DNA of 64,000 nucleotides from contig CM060731.1 in NCBI GenBank assembly GCA_030704615.1, positions 23,126,001 through 23,190,000 on the forward strand, written 5' to 3'. The translations under genes were made by a program, and so were the position numbers. Of the stretch, positions 27,284-38,302 are shown one piece after another. The notes under the pieces were generated by a model. That model was not told the origin of the DNA and ran no database searches. It saw only the letters and a list, made by a program, of their open reading frames with translations. The stretch's first letter is position 1. Each line of letters opens with the position of its first letter. Origin of the DNA: Takakia lepidozioides (lineage: Eukaryota; Plantae; Bryophyta).

Positions 27284-28754
27284 TGCAGACTCCTACTTCT
27301 GTCGTAGTACCTAATGAAGATTTATTTTCTCTGTATCAGGCTCTGTCATTGCATGTCTCTCTATTATGCGATTCTTTGTAGGAGCTCGGGATCTCAAAGC
27401 CCTAGGAAGTGTGGGACTTGTCATCTATGATAAAGGGGTGCAATCTAATTCAATGGTGGGAGGTTAAAGTTTTCGAAGGAGTGAGCAGCTATGAGTTGCA
27501 GTACCTCTGCCAGTTTCTCAGAGATTACTGGCTACCAGGCTACTTGAGGATGTGGCTTGTAATGCAAAGGGTTTGGGATGAAGATTTGTGATCTGGTAAA
27601 ATAATTAGGAAATGTGAGCCATTTGATCTGCGCTAAGTTTGCAAGAGCTAACAGAGTCAAACCGCCAAACTACTTGCAGTTTATGGCCAGGTAACTCTTG
27701 AGGTTTTATCTAGCTATGGAAACACTGTGGCTTGTACCTGAAGATGGTAGGCATTAAGATATGTCTGGTGGGCTCAGAAAATAGTATGGCTAACCTAGTT
27801 GGACTATTGGAAAGGTTCCACTTAGATTGTCTTGGAAATGTTTCTCAATTATTGAAAAATATGCCCAAGTGATTAAGAGGACCTTTCTTACAAAGATGCT
27901 TTTTAGTAAGTTAGGATTATCCAATGGATACCTTTTGCTTGTGCCATGTGCCAACTATATATAGGGTGGAGTCTAGTGTGAAAGTTGCAAGTTGCCAATC
28001 AAAGAATGGAATGATTTTGAAGCCTGTATGCGCCCTTTGAGATAGTCTATTGACAAGTTGGAGAAAGTAGGTGGCTTTGTAGAGCTTCCCAAGTCAGAGT
28101 GTTTCAAACAACCTCATGTGAGGAGGGTTTGGAGTTTGGAAGAGAGTAGGGGCCAAGCTTCTTTATGTTAGTTTGATCTGTGGTGAAATAATAAGGTGGA
28201 TTTGTTGTTTGGTCTTGGTTTGAGTGCATTATTTGGGTAGTCAAGCCTTGATATGTTGTATGCGGCAGATTATTTTGTCCAAGTACTTGATTGGATAGAG
28301 TAGGTAGAGTGGGTTCTTTATATAAGAACTAGTGTGGCCTACACCTCGGAGCAATTGCTAGTGAAATCCAAGAGTTATTAGAGCCCTAGGTTGAGCCTTC
28401 GAGTATAATGGCTTGCAAGTCATACGATAAACCTCATTTGTACCATTAATTTACAGTAATCCCACATAGAAACTGTAGAGATTTTACAAAGTGGCCTGGT
28501 AGCCAATAGTCTTCTTAGTTAGGCCGGCTATGGCTGGAGCCATCTCTCTATAGATTTTACTAAATACTATCATCTAATGAAGCCTTGAATTAAGAAAAAT
28601 AAATAAATAACTTCATTGGCAAAATTCATCTCTAATTTCTTTTTCCCCAGATCGATATCTCATGCAAAGAAGTTCTTTGTAGTTGCTATGCAAAGAAAGA
28701 GGCTCTTATTTACACTAACTTGGGTTGGAGTCATCTCTCGGGCAGGGAGCAACC

Positions 28755-29125
28755 TTTGAACCATAACAGATGCAAAGAGGATAATGAGATTGTCATTCCC
28801 CAATGTGCGGGCAAACCTGAAGATCTATTTTCTGATACAATGTCGGTGGTACTCTCACCAGAGAGTGACCCTCTTCAGGAACATCAAGAACATGGTTCCT
28901 GCAGCTCTGTTCACCACCTTTCAAAATCTTGAGGCTGAGCCTAAAGCCCTGACCCCATTGGGGTCTATCTTTTGGGCTGTTCACACACAGAAGATTGACG
29001 CTAGTATGAAGGGCTTTCTAGAGGATTTCTGGAAAGCCCAAACTAGTTTATATCGAGGTAAGGCACACTACTGGTATTCCCTATGTTTCTGCCCAAACTG
29101 GGCGCAGGGTCTATGGCCACAAGGC
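28755..29125 (+). mobile_element. 5'-truncated LINE 3' end (RTEX/L2-like), copy A
   Basis: Shares sequence with 29985-30540 and 33290-33960, ending in the common terminus CCCAAACTGGGC..GGGTCTATGGCCACAAGG. Confidence 0.65.
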
Positions 29126-29234
29126 TCTCACTCTCTCTTTCTGTTCCGCCCAAACTGGGCTTGAAAAAATTCCCCCAGAAAAACCTAACATTGAGAGAGC
29201 CTCATTCAAGAAGCCAATTGAATATCTTCCACAA

Positions 29235-29926
29235 TCAATCTCCACTGGCACATCCATGGCATCCGCAGTGGACACACTCAATAACCTTCTCTTCGCGGAG
29301 GTGCTTGGGTACGCGGCACACACAGGTGGTCCCAAAGTTGTGGTCACGGGGTTGAATGCACCGCAAACAACATAAACGCTCATACCCCGACTGCCACCCA
29401 GCCCAGCCAATTCATTCCACACCCACACAAATTTTTTGGTCACAACCTGTTTAAGAGTAGAAAAAGCTCTTCCTTTGACTGTGCAGTCATAAAAGAAAAT
29501 TTATTTCATGCAAGTATATGGGATGTAACGAGTGTAGTCTATACCACCCCTCAGGCTATGCAAGTGGAATCATAGAATTACACAAGCCTACACAAGAAGA
29601 AAACACGCAAACATTGGAAATAAAAATACCTTCTTCCACTTGGCAATCAGATTCTTGTCAGCATGGCCTTGTTCTAAGCAGAAGTCAAATAGCTCCCTAG
29701 ATATGGCTTTCCGTCGGTAAAATAGGTCATAAATGTAGCGGCTCTTTTGATGTGCGATTTTGAAGATAGGCCAAAGAGCCTCACACTTCCTCTTCCCCTC
29801 GTGGGTCTCATTCTCCGCTGTGACCATCCATTCCATCCATCCATCATTTTCCATGCAACTCGTGAGAAATCCAGATTAAAAAGCCTCCTCCAGATTCCTA
29901 CTCTGAAGAACATGTTTGTAGGGAGG

Positions 29927-29964
<38 letters not shown>

Positions 29965-30822
29965 ACTCCTGAGACATTGTTAGCCATATCCTTGTGGCCA
30001 TAGAACCCCGCCCAGTTTGGGTGGAACAAGAGGGAACAGACGCTACCTATGTGAGCAGCTCACACCAGTCGTGGGACTTACCTTGGTATAAACAATTGGT
30101 TCAGGCTTTCCAGATTTCCTCTAAAAAGCCCTTCACACAAGCATTAACTTCTGTGTGTGAGCTGCCCAGCAGTTAGACCCCAACAGGACCAGGGCTTTAG
30201 GGTCAGCCTCAAGTTGGTGAACAGAGAGGTGCAGGGACTATGTTCTTGATGGTCCTGAAGAGGGTCGCCCTCTGATGAGAATACCCTGGACTTAGAATCA
30301 GAAAATAATATTGTCTTCAGGCCGCCTGCACATAGGGCATTGACAATCTTTTGACAATCTCCATTTCCTCTCTGCATCTGTCTATTCTTCAAAGGTAGGC
30401 TCAGTTTAAATTTCAGTCTAGTGCCAAGGGTGGGTAGGCCCTTCACATCATCCTTACGGTCCTCACCCCTGTCCCAAACTGGAAACAAGTTCAGGGAAGT
30501 TTTATCAGCGGACAAAACTAGAAGCAAGAGAATTACCTCACTCAATCCATCATCTTTCTCACTCCATATCGATTGGCCCGACCCAGTGACAGTGGTGACT
30601 GCAACATTTCTTGGATTATCCTCAAAAAATAACCACAGTTTACCGAACCCTACATTCCTTCTGCACCCAAAATGGTTTTCTGTTTGTCTACAGTAGAAGC
30701 ACAAACCACCCTACCACGTGCCACATACCTTCACGCATCTTCGTCTCCAAGTCCCGCAAAGTCGGTTCGATGAGCTCCCATCCTTCGGGGTAGCGTGTGC
30801 GAGTGGTTCGCACCTTGGGCAT
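29235..30822 (-). CDS. BUD31: Protein BUD31 (G10) homolog, splicing factor; exons 30822-30729, 29817-29630, 29390-29235
   Basis: The spliced product reads [65 protein letters not shown]...[33 protein letters not shown]...[14 protein letters not shown]. Splice sites are canonical. Confidence 0.96.
29985..30540 (-). mobile_element. 5'-truncated LINE 3' end (RTEX/L2-like), copy B, inside BUD31 intron 1
   Basis: Frameshifted remnant [11 protein letters not shown]...PMCRRPED....GYSHQR resembles a LINE ORF2 C-terminal zinc finger. Same 3' end as copies A and C. Confidence 0.65.
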
Positions 30823-32018
30823 GCTGATCCGCTTCCTTGCTTCAATTCCCACCTTCTAAAACTTGCAGCAGCAGCAGAAGAAGACGCACACTATGAGCTC
30901 ATCTTGCGGGCCGTGCATCCCTCTCTCCCTCTCTCCCACAAACACACCTTTGGATTTTATAGATCCAAAAACAGTAATGGAAAATAATACTCCAATGGTA
31001 AATGATATGCCGCACATGGTAAGTAATTTTTTCCCTTGTTTATTTTGAGTAACAGGGCACCGTCCCTTTCGGAAAGGCCTCTGTCCCCGTGTTTTTAAAA
31101 ACAAAGTAAGAAAGTAAAAAAGTAGATAAGTAAAGTTTGTTTAACGTCCAGTGAATTTACCAGGTTGCCTTTGGTGGGTATTATACACACAGACTTGTTC
31201 TTCTGTCATTGTTTTCTCTTATAGGATTTTGATAACCACGATAGGATTTCATGTGATTAGTTTCAGATGTTCAGTATCCAAATGACTCCTGATTGTCCTT
31301 GGAAACTACAGACTCTACATCAGATGGTTGTATTTGAAGGATTTAGTGATGAGTGTCATGCTAAGTAGTAATACTAATGTTGTGCACAAAGTCTTTGTTA
31401 GACACTGGACTACTGCCAAAAAATTTGTGAATGACATTGTGTTGCAGTATCAATGCGGATTCTCTGCAGCTAACCACTGAATTGGACCTTCGCCTGGGAA
31501 TTGAAAAACAAGCTGGTTTGTCGTAGGAAGTTGTCAACATGCTGTCATATGTCTTAACCCCTGTCCTGCCCAAGATCCCTAAAATTCAAAAGCAAGAGGT
31601 CAAGATAAGGTCGGGAATAGTATCAATAATACTCAAAGACATTTGTACCCATATGCACTCAAACATGTTCCCCAACAGGGAGGAAGACCTGCTGATTTGG
31701 TAATAACAGCAAAGCAATTGCATCGCCAGAGGATGGAGCTTGAATCAATCTCCCAGATTCACAAACTGTCATATTGACACACTTCATAATGGAACAGAAC
31801 ATAAGCTGTGACGGCCGTGCGCAACCAGTCCTCCAAAAGCCATGACAAAGGCTGTGTTTCTTATTGGTAAATTCATAATGGTTACAAAAAATTCAGATGT
31901 CATGTTGACAAAGAATGAAAATGTGTAAAGGCACCCTGAGATAAGCTTGGCAAAGTATGCATACAAGAATTTGTTTTCTGAATCAGAACCCACCCAGTAA
32001 CGCTACTAGTGATCTGCA

Positions 32019-35000
32019 CTAGAACATGCGCTCCAAGACGTAGTCCACCATCCTCTCTAAAGAACACCTAACAGGCCCCTGTGGCAAGGAATCCAAGTTG
32101 TGACGTGCTATATCTCCCTTTCGCTTTGCAAGGTCACGGGCTTTATCGATGCCCCCACTGCGGTGCACCAGTGATATAGCTGCCTCCAGTGAGCCCTCTT
32201 CTGTAAATTCAGTGTCTATAAGTTTGCGCAACTCTGGCTCTTGTTGCAAGGCGAACAGAACTGGAGCTGTTAAGTTGCCCTTGGACAAGTCACTCCCTGC
32301 AGGTTTACCTAGCTCTTCGGATGTTTGGGTGAAATCCAGGATGTCATCCACAACTTGGAAAGCCAGACCTAAATGCATGCCGTAGGAAAACATTTGGTCA
32401 CATACAGCAGCATTCACTCCACTAAAAATTGCTGCTGACCGAGTACTTGCAGCGATCAAGGATGCAGTTTTGTAGTAACTCTTGTCTAGATAGTCCTGTA
32501 AGGTTACATCGCAGTCAAACAAGCTTGAAGCCTGCTTTATCTCTCCACTTGCGAAGTCCCTAATCACCTGTTCATGCATACCAACCAATCCATCAATCCA
32601 TCGTAAAATGACTCGTAGACATCTCTTCAGTGTAAGCATGATATATACACTTCCAAAAAGTTTTCCTACCAAATCATAGCTCTCACTTTCAAGGATTTCC
32701 CACAGACAAGAACTGTAACTGATTAAAAACACAACTCTTGACTTCAAATGTGCAAGGAGTAGTGGAGAGAGGAGAGGGGATACAGATTCTAAAACCAGAT
32801 TAGTCATTGATTGAATGTCCTTAGCAAACAAAATGGTGTATTCTGCATAAATGCATGAAAAGAGGAACTTGCTCAGAGGAATTTCCACTGCACTGCATTG
32901 CACTATCATTGGTCTACTAACTCGGCACATGAATACTCCGTAGAGACTGTTTGAAAAGATAGATGTAGAAAGAGCTGCCAGGGAAGACCCTTCAGGACCA
33001 TTGGTTAGGATCCAATTGAGCCTTTCAACCCCTTTTGTGTAAGAGCAGTGCAAAACTTTGTGCACAGCAAGGCGTATACCTATGTGAGAGCCTCATCACT
33101 GTGCAAACTAGTAAACTATTGTGCACTCTACAGAGTGGCGGCCCTCAGCCTGCACTACTCCTAAGAGCCTCGGCAAGATTCACACAAGTTCAGCATACTT
33201 GCATAGAGGCCTACTCAAGATCGGGGGACCCATGGATACTTGCTAGTATAAGTTGGGGGGAGGGAGAGAATATACTCATAAGACCTTGTTTGCCAGCCTT
33301 GTGGCCATAGGCCCTGTGCCCAGTTTGGGCAGATCAAGAGGAAACAGACACTACCTTTGTGGGGGTAGTGAAAACTTATCTTGGTATAAACAACTAATTT
33401 GGGCTTTCCAGAAATCCTCTAGAAATCCCTTCTCACAAGCATCAATCTGCTGTGTAATTAGGCCATGACCGGGCTGGCCTTTAGGCTCAGCCTCGCGATT
33501 TTGAAAGTTGGAACAGAGGCGCAGGGACTATGATTGTGATGGTCCTGAAGAGGGTCACTCTCTATGAGAATATGCCAGACATTGTATCAGACAATATCCA
33601 TTTTCTTCAGGCCGCCCATACATTGGACAAACTCCCTTTCCTCTCTGCATCTGGTTATTGTTCCAAGGTAGGCCCTGAGTTCAAATTTCAGTCTAATGCC
33701 GAGGGCATATAGGCCCTTTAGATCATCATTACGGTCCTCACCCATGTCACAATCTGGAAAGAAGTTCAGGGAAGCTTTATGCCTAACTTCACTTCGCTCG
33801 GCCATTCTTCTTGCTTCCAACATGGCCTTAGACACTTCAGCCCCCAAGTCAGCTTCATCTAGCAGGGTCAGTTCTTCCTGCCTAAAATTCAGGGACTTGA
33901 AGATCTCCCCTCCCCTTTTCTGCCTGAACTTAGCCTGTTTCACATGACAGTCTTCCTTCCAAGAAATAGAGTTGAGGAAGGGAGAGAGAGAGAGAGAGAC
34001 CTGGCTGATAAGCTTGATGACTTCAAGGTTGTCAAGATTGGCCAAGTACCAAGATGACTGAGCAAACATAAAGTCACCTGCTAGCACAGCCACCCGAGTC
34101 CCAAACATCTGATGCACTGTTTGCTTGCCTGCCAAAGCCGCCAGGCATAATGAGCTTCGCTGTCAACTGACGTTAAGTCGGAAATATGCAGACGGACGTA
34201 TAACAATGTACCTTCATGAACTGGCCAGAGATGCAACCTCGGCATTACAAAATGAGAAGAGCATGGAAAGGATAAGAACGTACCACGACGAACATCACTT
34301 TCATCCAGTACGTCGTCATGTATCAAACTAGCTGTGTGGATCATCTCTGTGATTTCTGCTAGCCTTCGATGCTGTGGCCGCAAATCCCTGCAAAATCACA
34401 GCTCTTTCCACCCATGAGCTTTCATCCATTGTAAAACAAACTCTCCTTCAAGTGCAGAACTTGGTTACCTTCAGACATCACCCTTCCTACTCAGTTGCCA
34501 CAAAAGTGTTCCGTAACTGCACAAGATGGCTTGGAACGTCCAACTCTAAGGGGTTCAAGCTTTATACAACAGCAGAAGGTGCATATCGGCACTTCATGAG
34601 TTCCAGCATACTGAAGTGAAGGGCCAAAAGTCTATGTACCCAAGGCCAGCAAGTTGAGCAGTGGCTCTGGACACAAGGAACACAAGGGCTGGTCTCATAC
34701 GCTTGCCCCCTGCACCAAATATTTGCTGCGCCGCAGACATAAGCAATGGATTTTGAGCTCCCACCACCTGCACCATGGCCTCCTCAACTAACATCAGACC
34801 ATTCCCCCATTTTACCTTAACACCAGTACCTTCTCTTACTTCAAATTCGCTAAATCTGAGGCATAGCATCCTGCCCTCAATGAAACATTTCTAACTGCAT
34901 TTTCCATGGGTTTAACTCTTTTCTCAAAAATTTCTACAGAGCCAGCTGTTTGAAATCCTAACACAGAGCATTGGTATGCTCTCAAACAACGGGGGCACAC

Positions 35001-35803
35001 CGTTGATGTGTATCACTGAGAGAGAGGGATCAAGGGGAGGAGTGGGGGGATGGGGAGGAGAGTCGGGCATACCAGGTGCAAATTCTCGTTTAAGATTCGC
35101 AAGTCATCCACAACGGGGGTAACTAATGCAGACAAAGATATTTTCTCCGTTGTGTCTGTTTTGGTCGGTGGCAAAGGTGCAGCAGCTTCATTGGTGGCCA
35201 TCCAGCTATTCATTCCATTGATTTCTGAAGCCATAACAATTAAAAAAGACGCCAATCAACAACTCTCCAGGGGCTTTTCGATCGGCGTTATCTTCTCCAA
35301 CGCACCAAAGAAAGAATGCCAAAGCACAAGTTTTAGTAACACGAGGGGATGCTTTGTCCGGGGTTTCACCAATTTTCATTAAGCTTCGAGTGATGTAGAA
35401 GCCCAAAATCTCTTTTTGAGCTGTCAGTACAACTTGCGGGGAACTGAGAAACGAAGCGTCCTTCCATTGAAAGAGAGAAAGAAAGAGTACCAGATACACG
35501 GGGGAGAGATGCTGCTTCAAGATTACTCAGAGCCAAATCTTCAGTATAACTGAGAGTAGGCGGTGAAGCCTGCTGTACAACCTGCATACCTCGCCTCCTC
35601 CCATTCACCTTCTCATGCTTATAACCGCCACCTTTCCTTAATCTACTCTGTCTCCATCCAGCTGCCCTGCCCTGTCCTTGGACCCCCATTGAGCTATACT
35701 CATGGAAGCTTGTCGACTTGCAAGAGAGCAATGTCTGCATACAAGCCACACAGGGTTCTAGTCCTCCCCTACTTAGCCCTGTGGTAGGAATCACTGCTGC
35801 CAT
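32019..35803 (-). CDS. SPS: Solanesyl diphosphate synthase, plastid type; exons 35803-35491, 35224-35073, 34767-34640, 34387-34284, 34128-34001, 32567-32019
   Basis: [61 protein letters not shown] and [13 protein letters not shown]. Six exons with matching phases and a transit-peptide-like N-terminus. Confidence 0.95.
33290..33960 (-). mobile_element. 5'-truncated LINE 3' end (RTEX/L2-like), copy C, inside SPS intron 5
   Basis: Longest copy: GIRLKFELR...CPMYGRPEE...[10 protein letters not shown], with the same 3' terminus as copies A and B. Confidence 0.65.
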
Positions 35804-36787
35804 TGCCGTCGCTGCTCCTCAACTGATCTGCAAGCAACGGCCCAGTCTGCCGGAGCTAAAGTGTCGGGGACCAGCACCTGCCTGAGCTACTAAACTCGAG
35901 AGAAACCTTTGCCGAACACTCACTCAATTGAAGTGGCACTTGGGCCAAATGCTACCAAGCTTGCTCTGTCGACTACTCTCCAGGTCCTCGCAATGCTGAT
36001 GATTATCCTTCTTCACTGAATTCGGAATATATCAATCTCTAATCTCAGAAACCTCGCTACACTTCTCATGAAGCAACCGCGAGTCCCTAATGCACAAAAC
36101 TTCTGATCCACCTCCAGTAAACGTTCGCTCAAAATCCCAAAATCCAGCCCTGCTCTCTTCTTCCGCCCCCCGCCCACTCCTGTACGCAGTATACGCCCCA
36201 GATTTCCCCCGCACAAGTACTTAATCCCACACAAGTCCGCAACCCAATACGAATCGGGAACTTTCCTCTACACCACCAATCCCCCACGCTTTTTGGATTG
36301 GATTTCGGGAATCACAGCATTCTTCGCTGATCGCAGAAAAACTTTCGAAAACTATCTGCGCCCCTGATATCCGTACTGTACAAGTGCCAGCGCTACTCTG
36401 CGAAACGAGAATCGAGAGTGACGATGTACCGACAGAAATGCAGAGGAAAGGAAATGACACCACCCCAGCTCCTGCCACACACCTCCCCATCAACTCTCCT
36501 CCGGGCGAGGCCGGGCGGGGCCGGGCCGGGCTGTGGGAGAAGGCGGTGCGCGGGTCCACGCGGCCCGGGTGGGTCGCCCGCTAGCGCGCACCCACGTTGG
36601 GTAACGGGTGCCTACACTCCACTGACGCCATGTGGCGCTCGCTCAGCCACGGCGCAAGCCCCCCGCTATACCCTTGGATAAATCGTGCGGCTTTTGGATG
36701 AATTGTGCCCCCCACCAACCGCTTTGGATGAATGTGATACTTCCGAAGAAATAACCTTATTTTCACATTCGGATTAGTTTGCACATC

Positions 36788-37016
36788 GGCTGGTAGCTCA
36801 GCTGGTGAGTGCACAGTGAGTTGCACAGTGGTGGTTCGGGGTTCAAACCCGCTACCCTGCCCCGTGTGTGGGATTATTCGTGACGATATGTCCGGGCGTT
36901 GAGCGTCCTGTAGGTAGGTCTCATGGCCCATAAATGAAAGGGGGTTAAATTTTTCCCCTCCTCAAGAGCCTGAATTGTGGGCTGTCGCTCCCAGATTTCC
37001 TTTAAAAAAAAACAAA
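36788..37016 (+). mobile_element. tRNA-derived SINE
   Basis: Pol III A box TAGCTCAGCTGG (36794-36805) and B box GGTTCAAACCC (36840-36850), followed by a ~150-bp non-tRNA body and an A-rich tail at ~37003-37016. No clear TSD. Confidence 0.75.
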
Positions 37017-37146
37017 ATGCCATTTTCGTAATTTAATTAAAGCAATGATACTAATAATAATAATAATAAAAGCTAAATTTGAAATTTTTTATTGATTCGG
37101 ATACTCGGAAAATAGGGCTTCAAAATGTCTTAGGACGTTCCGAATA

Positions 37147-37841
37147 TGTAGAGCAGTTTCATTCGGGCCCTGATTCTAGAGTGGTCCAAGAATTACTGTG
37201 GCCCAGGAATTAGAGTGGGGCGCCTATGTAGGAAGGCCACGTGTAAGTTGACCGTGTGTGAATATTCGGAATTTGCAGGGTAGTACGTACTAGCCTGCCG
37301 GAAACTCATGAGTGCAAGAGTCAAGGAGGGGCACCACCCCTCTTTCAAAGTTTTTCAGAAAAACAACAAATTGAGATCATTGAGATAATTAAGACACTGA
37401 TTTTTTAAAACATAAAAATATAACGCCATCCCCAAAAAAATAAAATAAAAAATGTTCATATACTCACATAACTCTATTAATTAATAGATTCATGTTTGCT
37501 GTTTTTTCTTGGGGGGCCTGCCTTTGCAGAGCCCACTATTTACTAATTTAATAGGTAGTAAGTTAGTAGGTAGTAAGAGGGGGACCCTTATATAGCCTCT
37601 CGGGCTGTGGGACCTTTCTATAAGTCCACCGACCCTGTGACCTTCTAGAAGGCCCGGACACATGTCAACCCTACAAGACTCCCTATTCTAAATTTAGCCA
37701 ATTCCTCCCTTCTTTTTTTTGGACCCCCTCGTCTCATTCCTTAATACATGGCCTTCCTACATAGGCGCCCCACTCTAATTCCTAGGCCACAGTAATTCCT
37801 GGACCACTCTAGAATCAGGGCCCGAAATGAACTGCTCTACA
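37147..37841. mobile_element. MITE with ~95-bp terminal inverted repeats, flanked by TA
   Basis: 37147-~37240 is the near-perfect reverse complement of ~37748-37841 (TGTAGAGCAG...GGGCCCTGATTCTAGAGTGGTCC...GTAGGAAGGCCA). TA lies at 37145-37146 and 37842-37843. No coding interior. Confidence 0.88.
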
Positions 37842-38302
37842 TATAGGGATGGGCCCTTCAATTGTATTAAGAGAAGGTCGAGGAGAAAATAGGTTAGGTA
37901 TAGTGCACAAAATGCTGTTGTGGCAGGGAGGAGGCGGTAGCCGATTGCTGCCCCCAATTTTCAGGAAGGGCACTCTCTCAGGGCCTTACCTGCGAAAAGA
38001 AACAGCAAGGATTTCGATGGCTAGATTCAGATGATCGGATAGCTCAAAAAGAGGAGGAATTTTATGCGGCGTAAAGTGCCATCCTCACCTAGGGGTAAAA
38101 TCTCCCCCCTTAAGATTCCATCCTCTCTATAAGAGTTAGGTGAGCGATGTGCATAAATTCCAAGAATATTTTTAGAAGATACTTGGACGAAACTAAAATG
38201 TGTTCATGCCATACAAAATGCAAAACGTAGAAATGTTTGCTCAGGTGAGCACAAGTGAGAAAGCTGGGGCGTACGAAATTTTCTTAGGGGCCGATTCCTT
38301 AA

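Noticed and set aside
32568-33065. N-terminal half of the 348-aa ORF 32019..33065 as coding sequence
   Set aside because: SPS homology begins at the splice acceptor at 32567; the upstream part is intron read-through.
36788-36862. Functional tRNA gene
   Set aside because: A and B boxes are present, but I could not fold a convincing acceptor or anticodon stem. There is no T-run terminator, and a long body with an A-tail follows, which fits a SINE.
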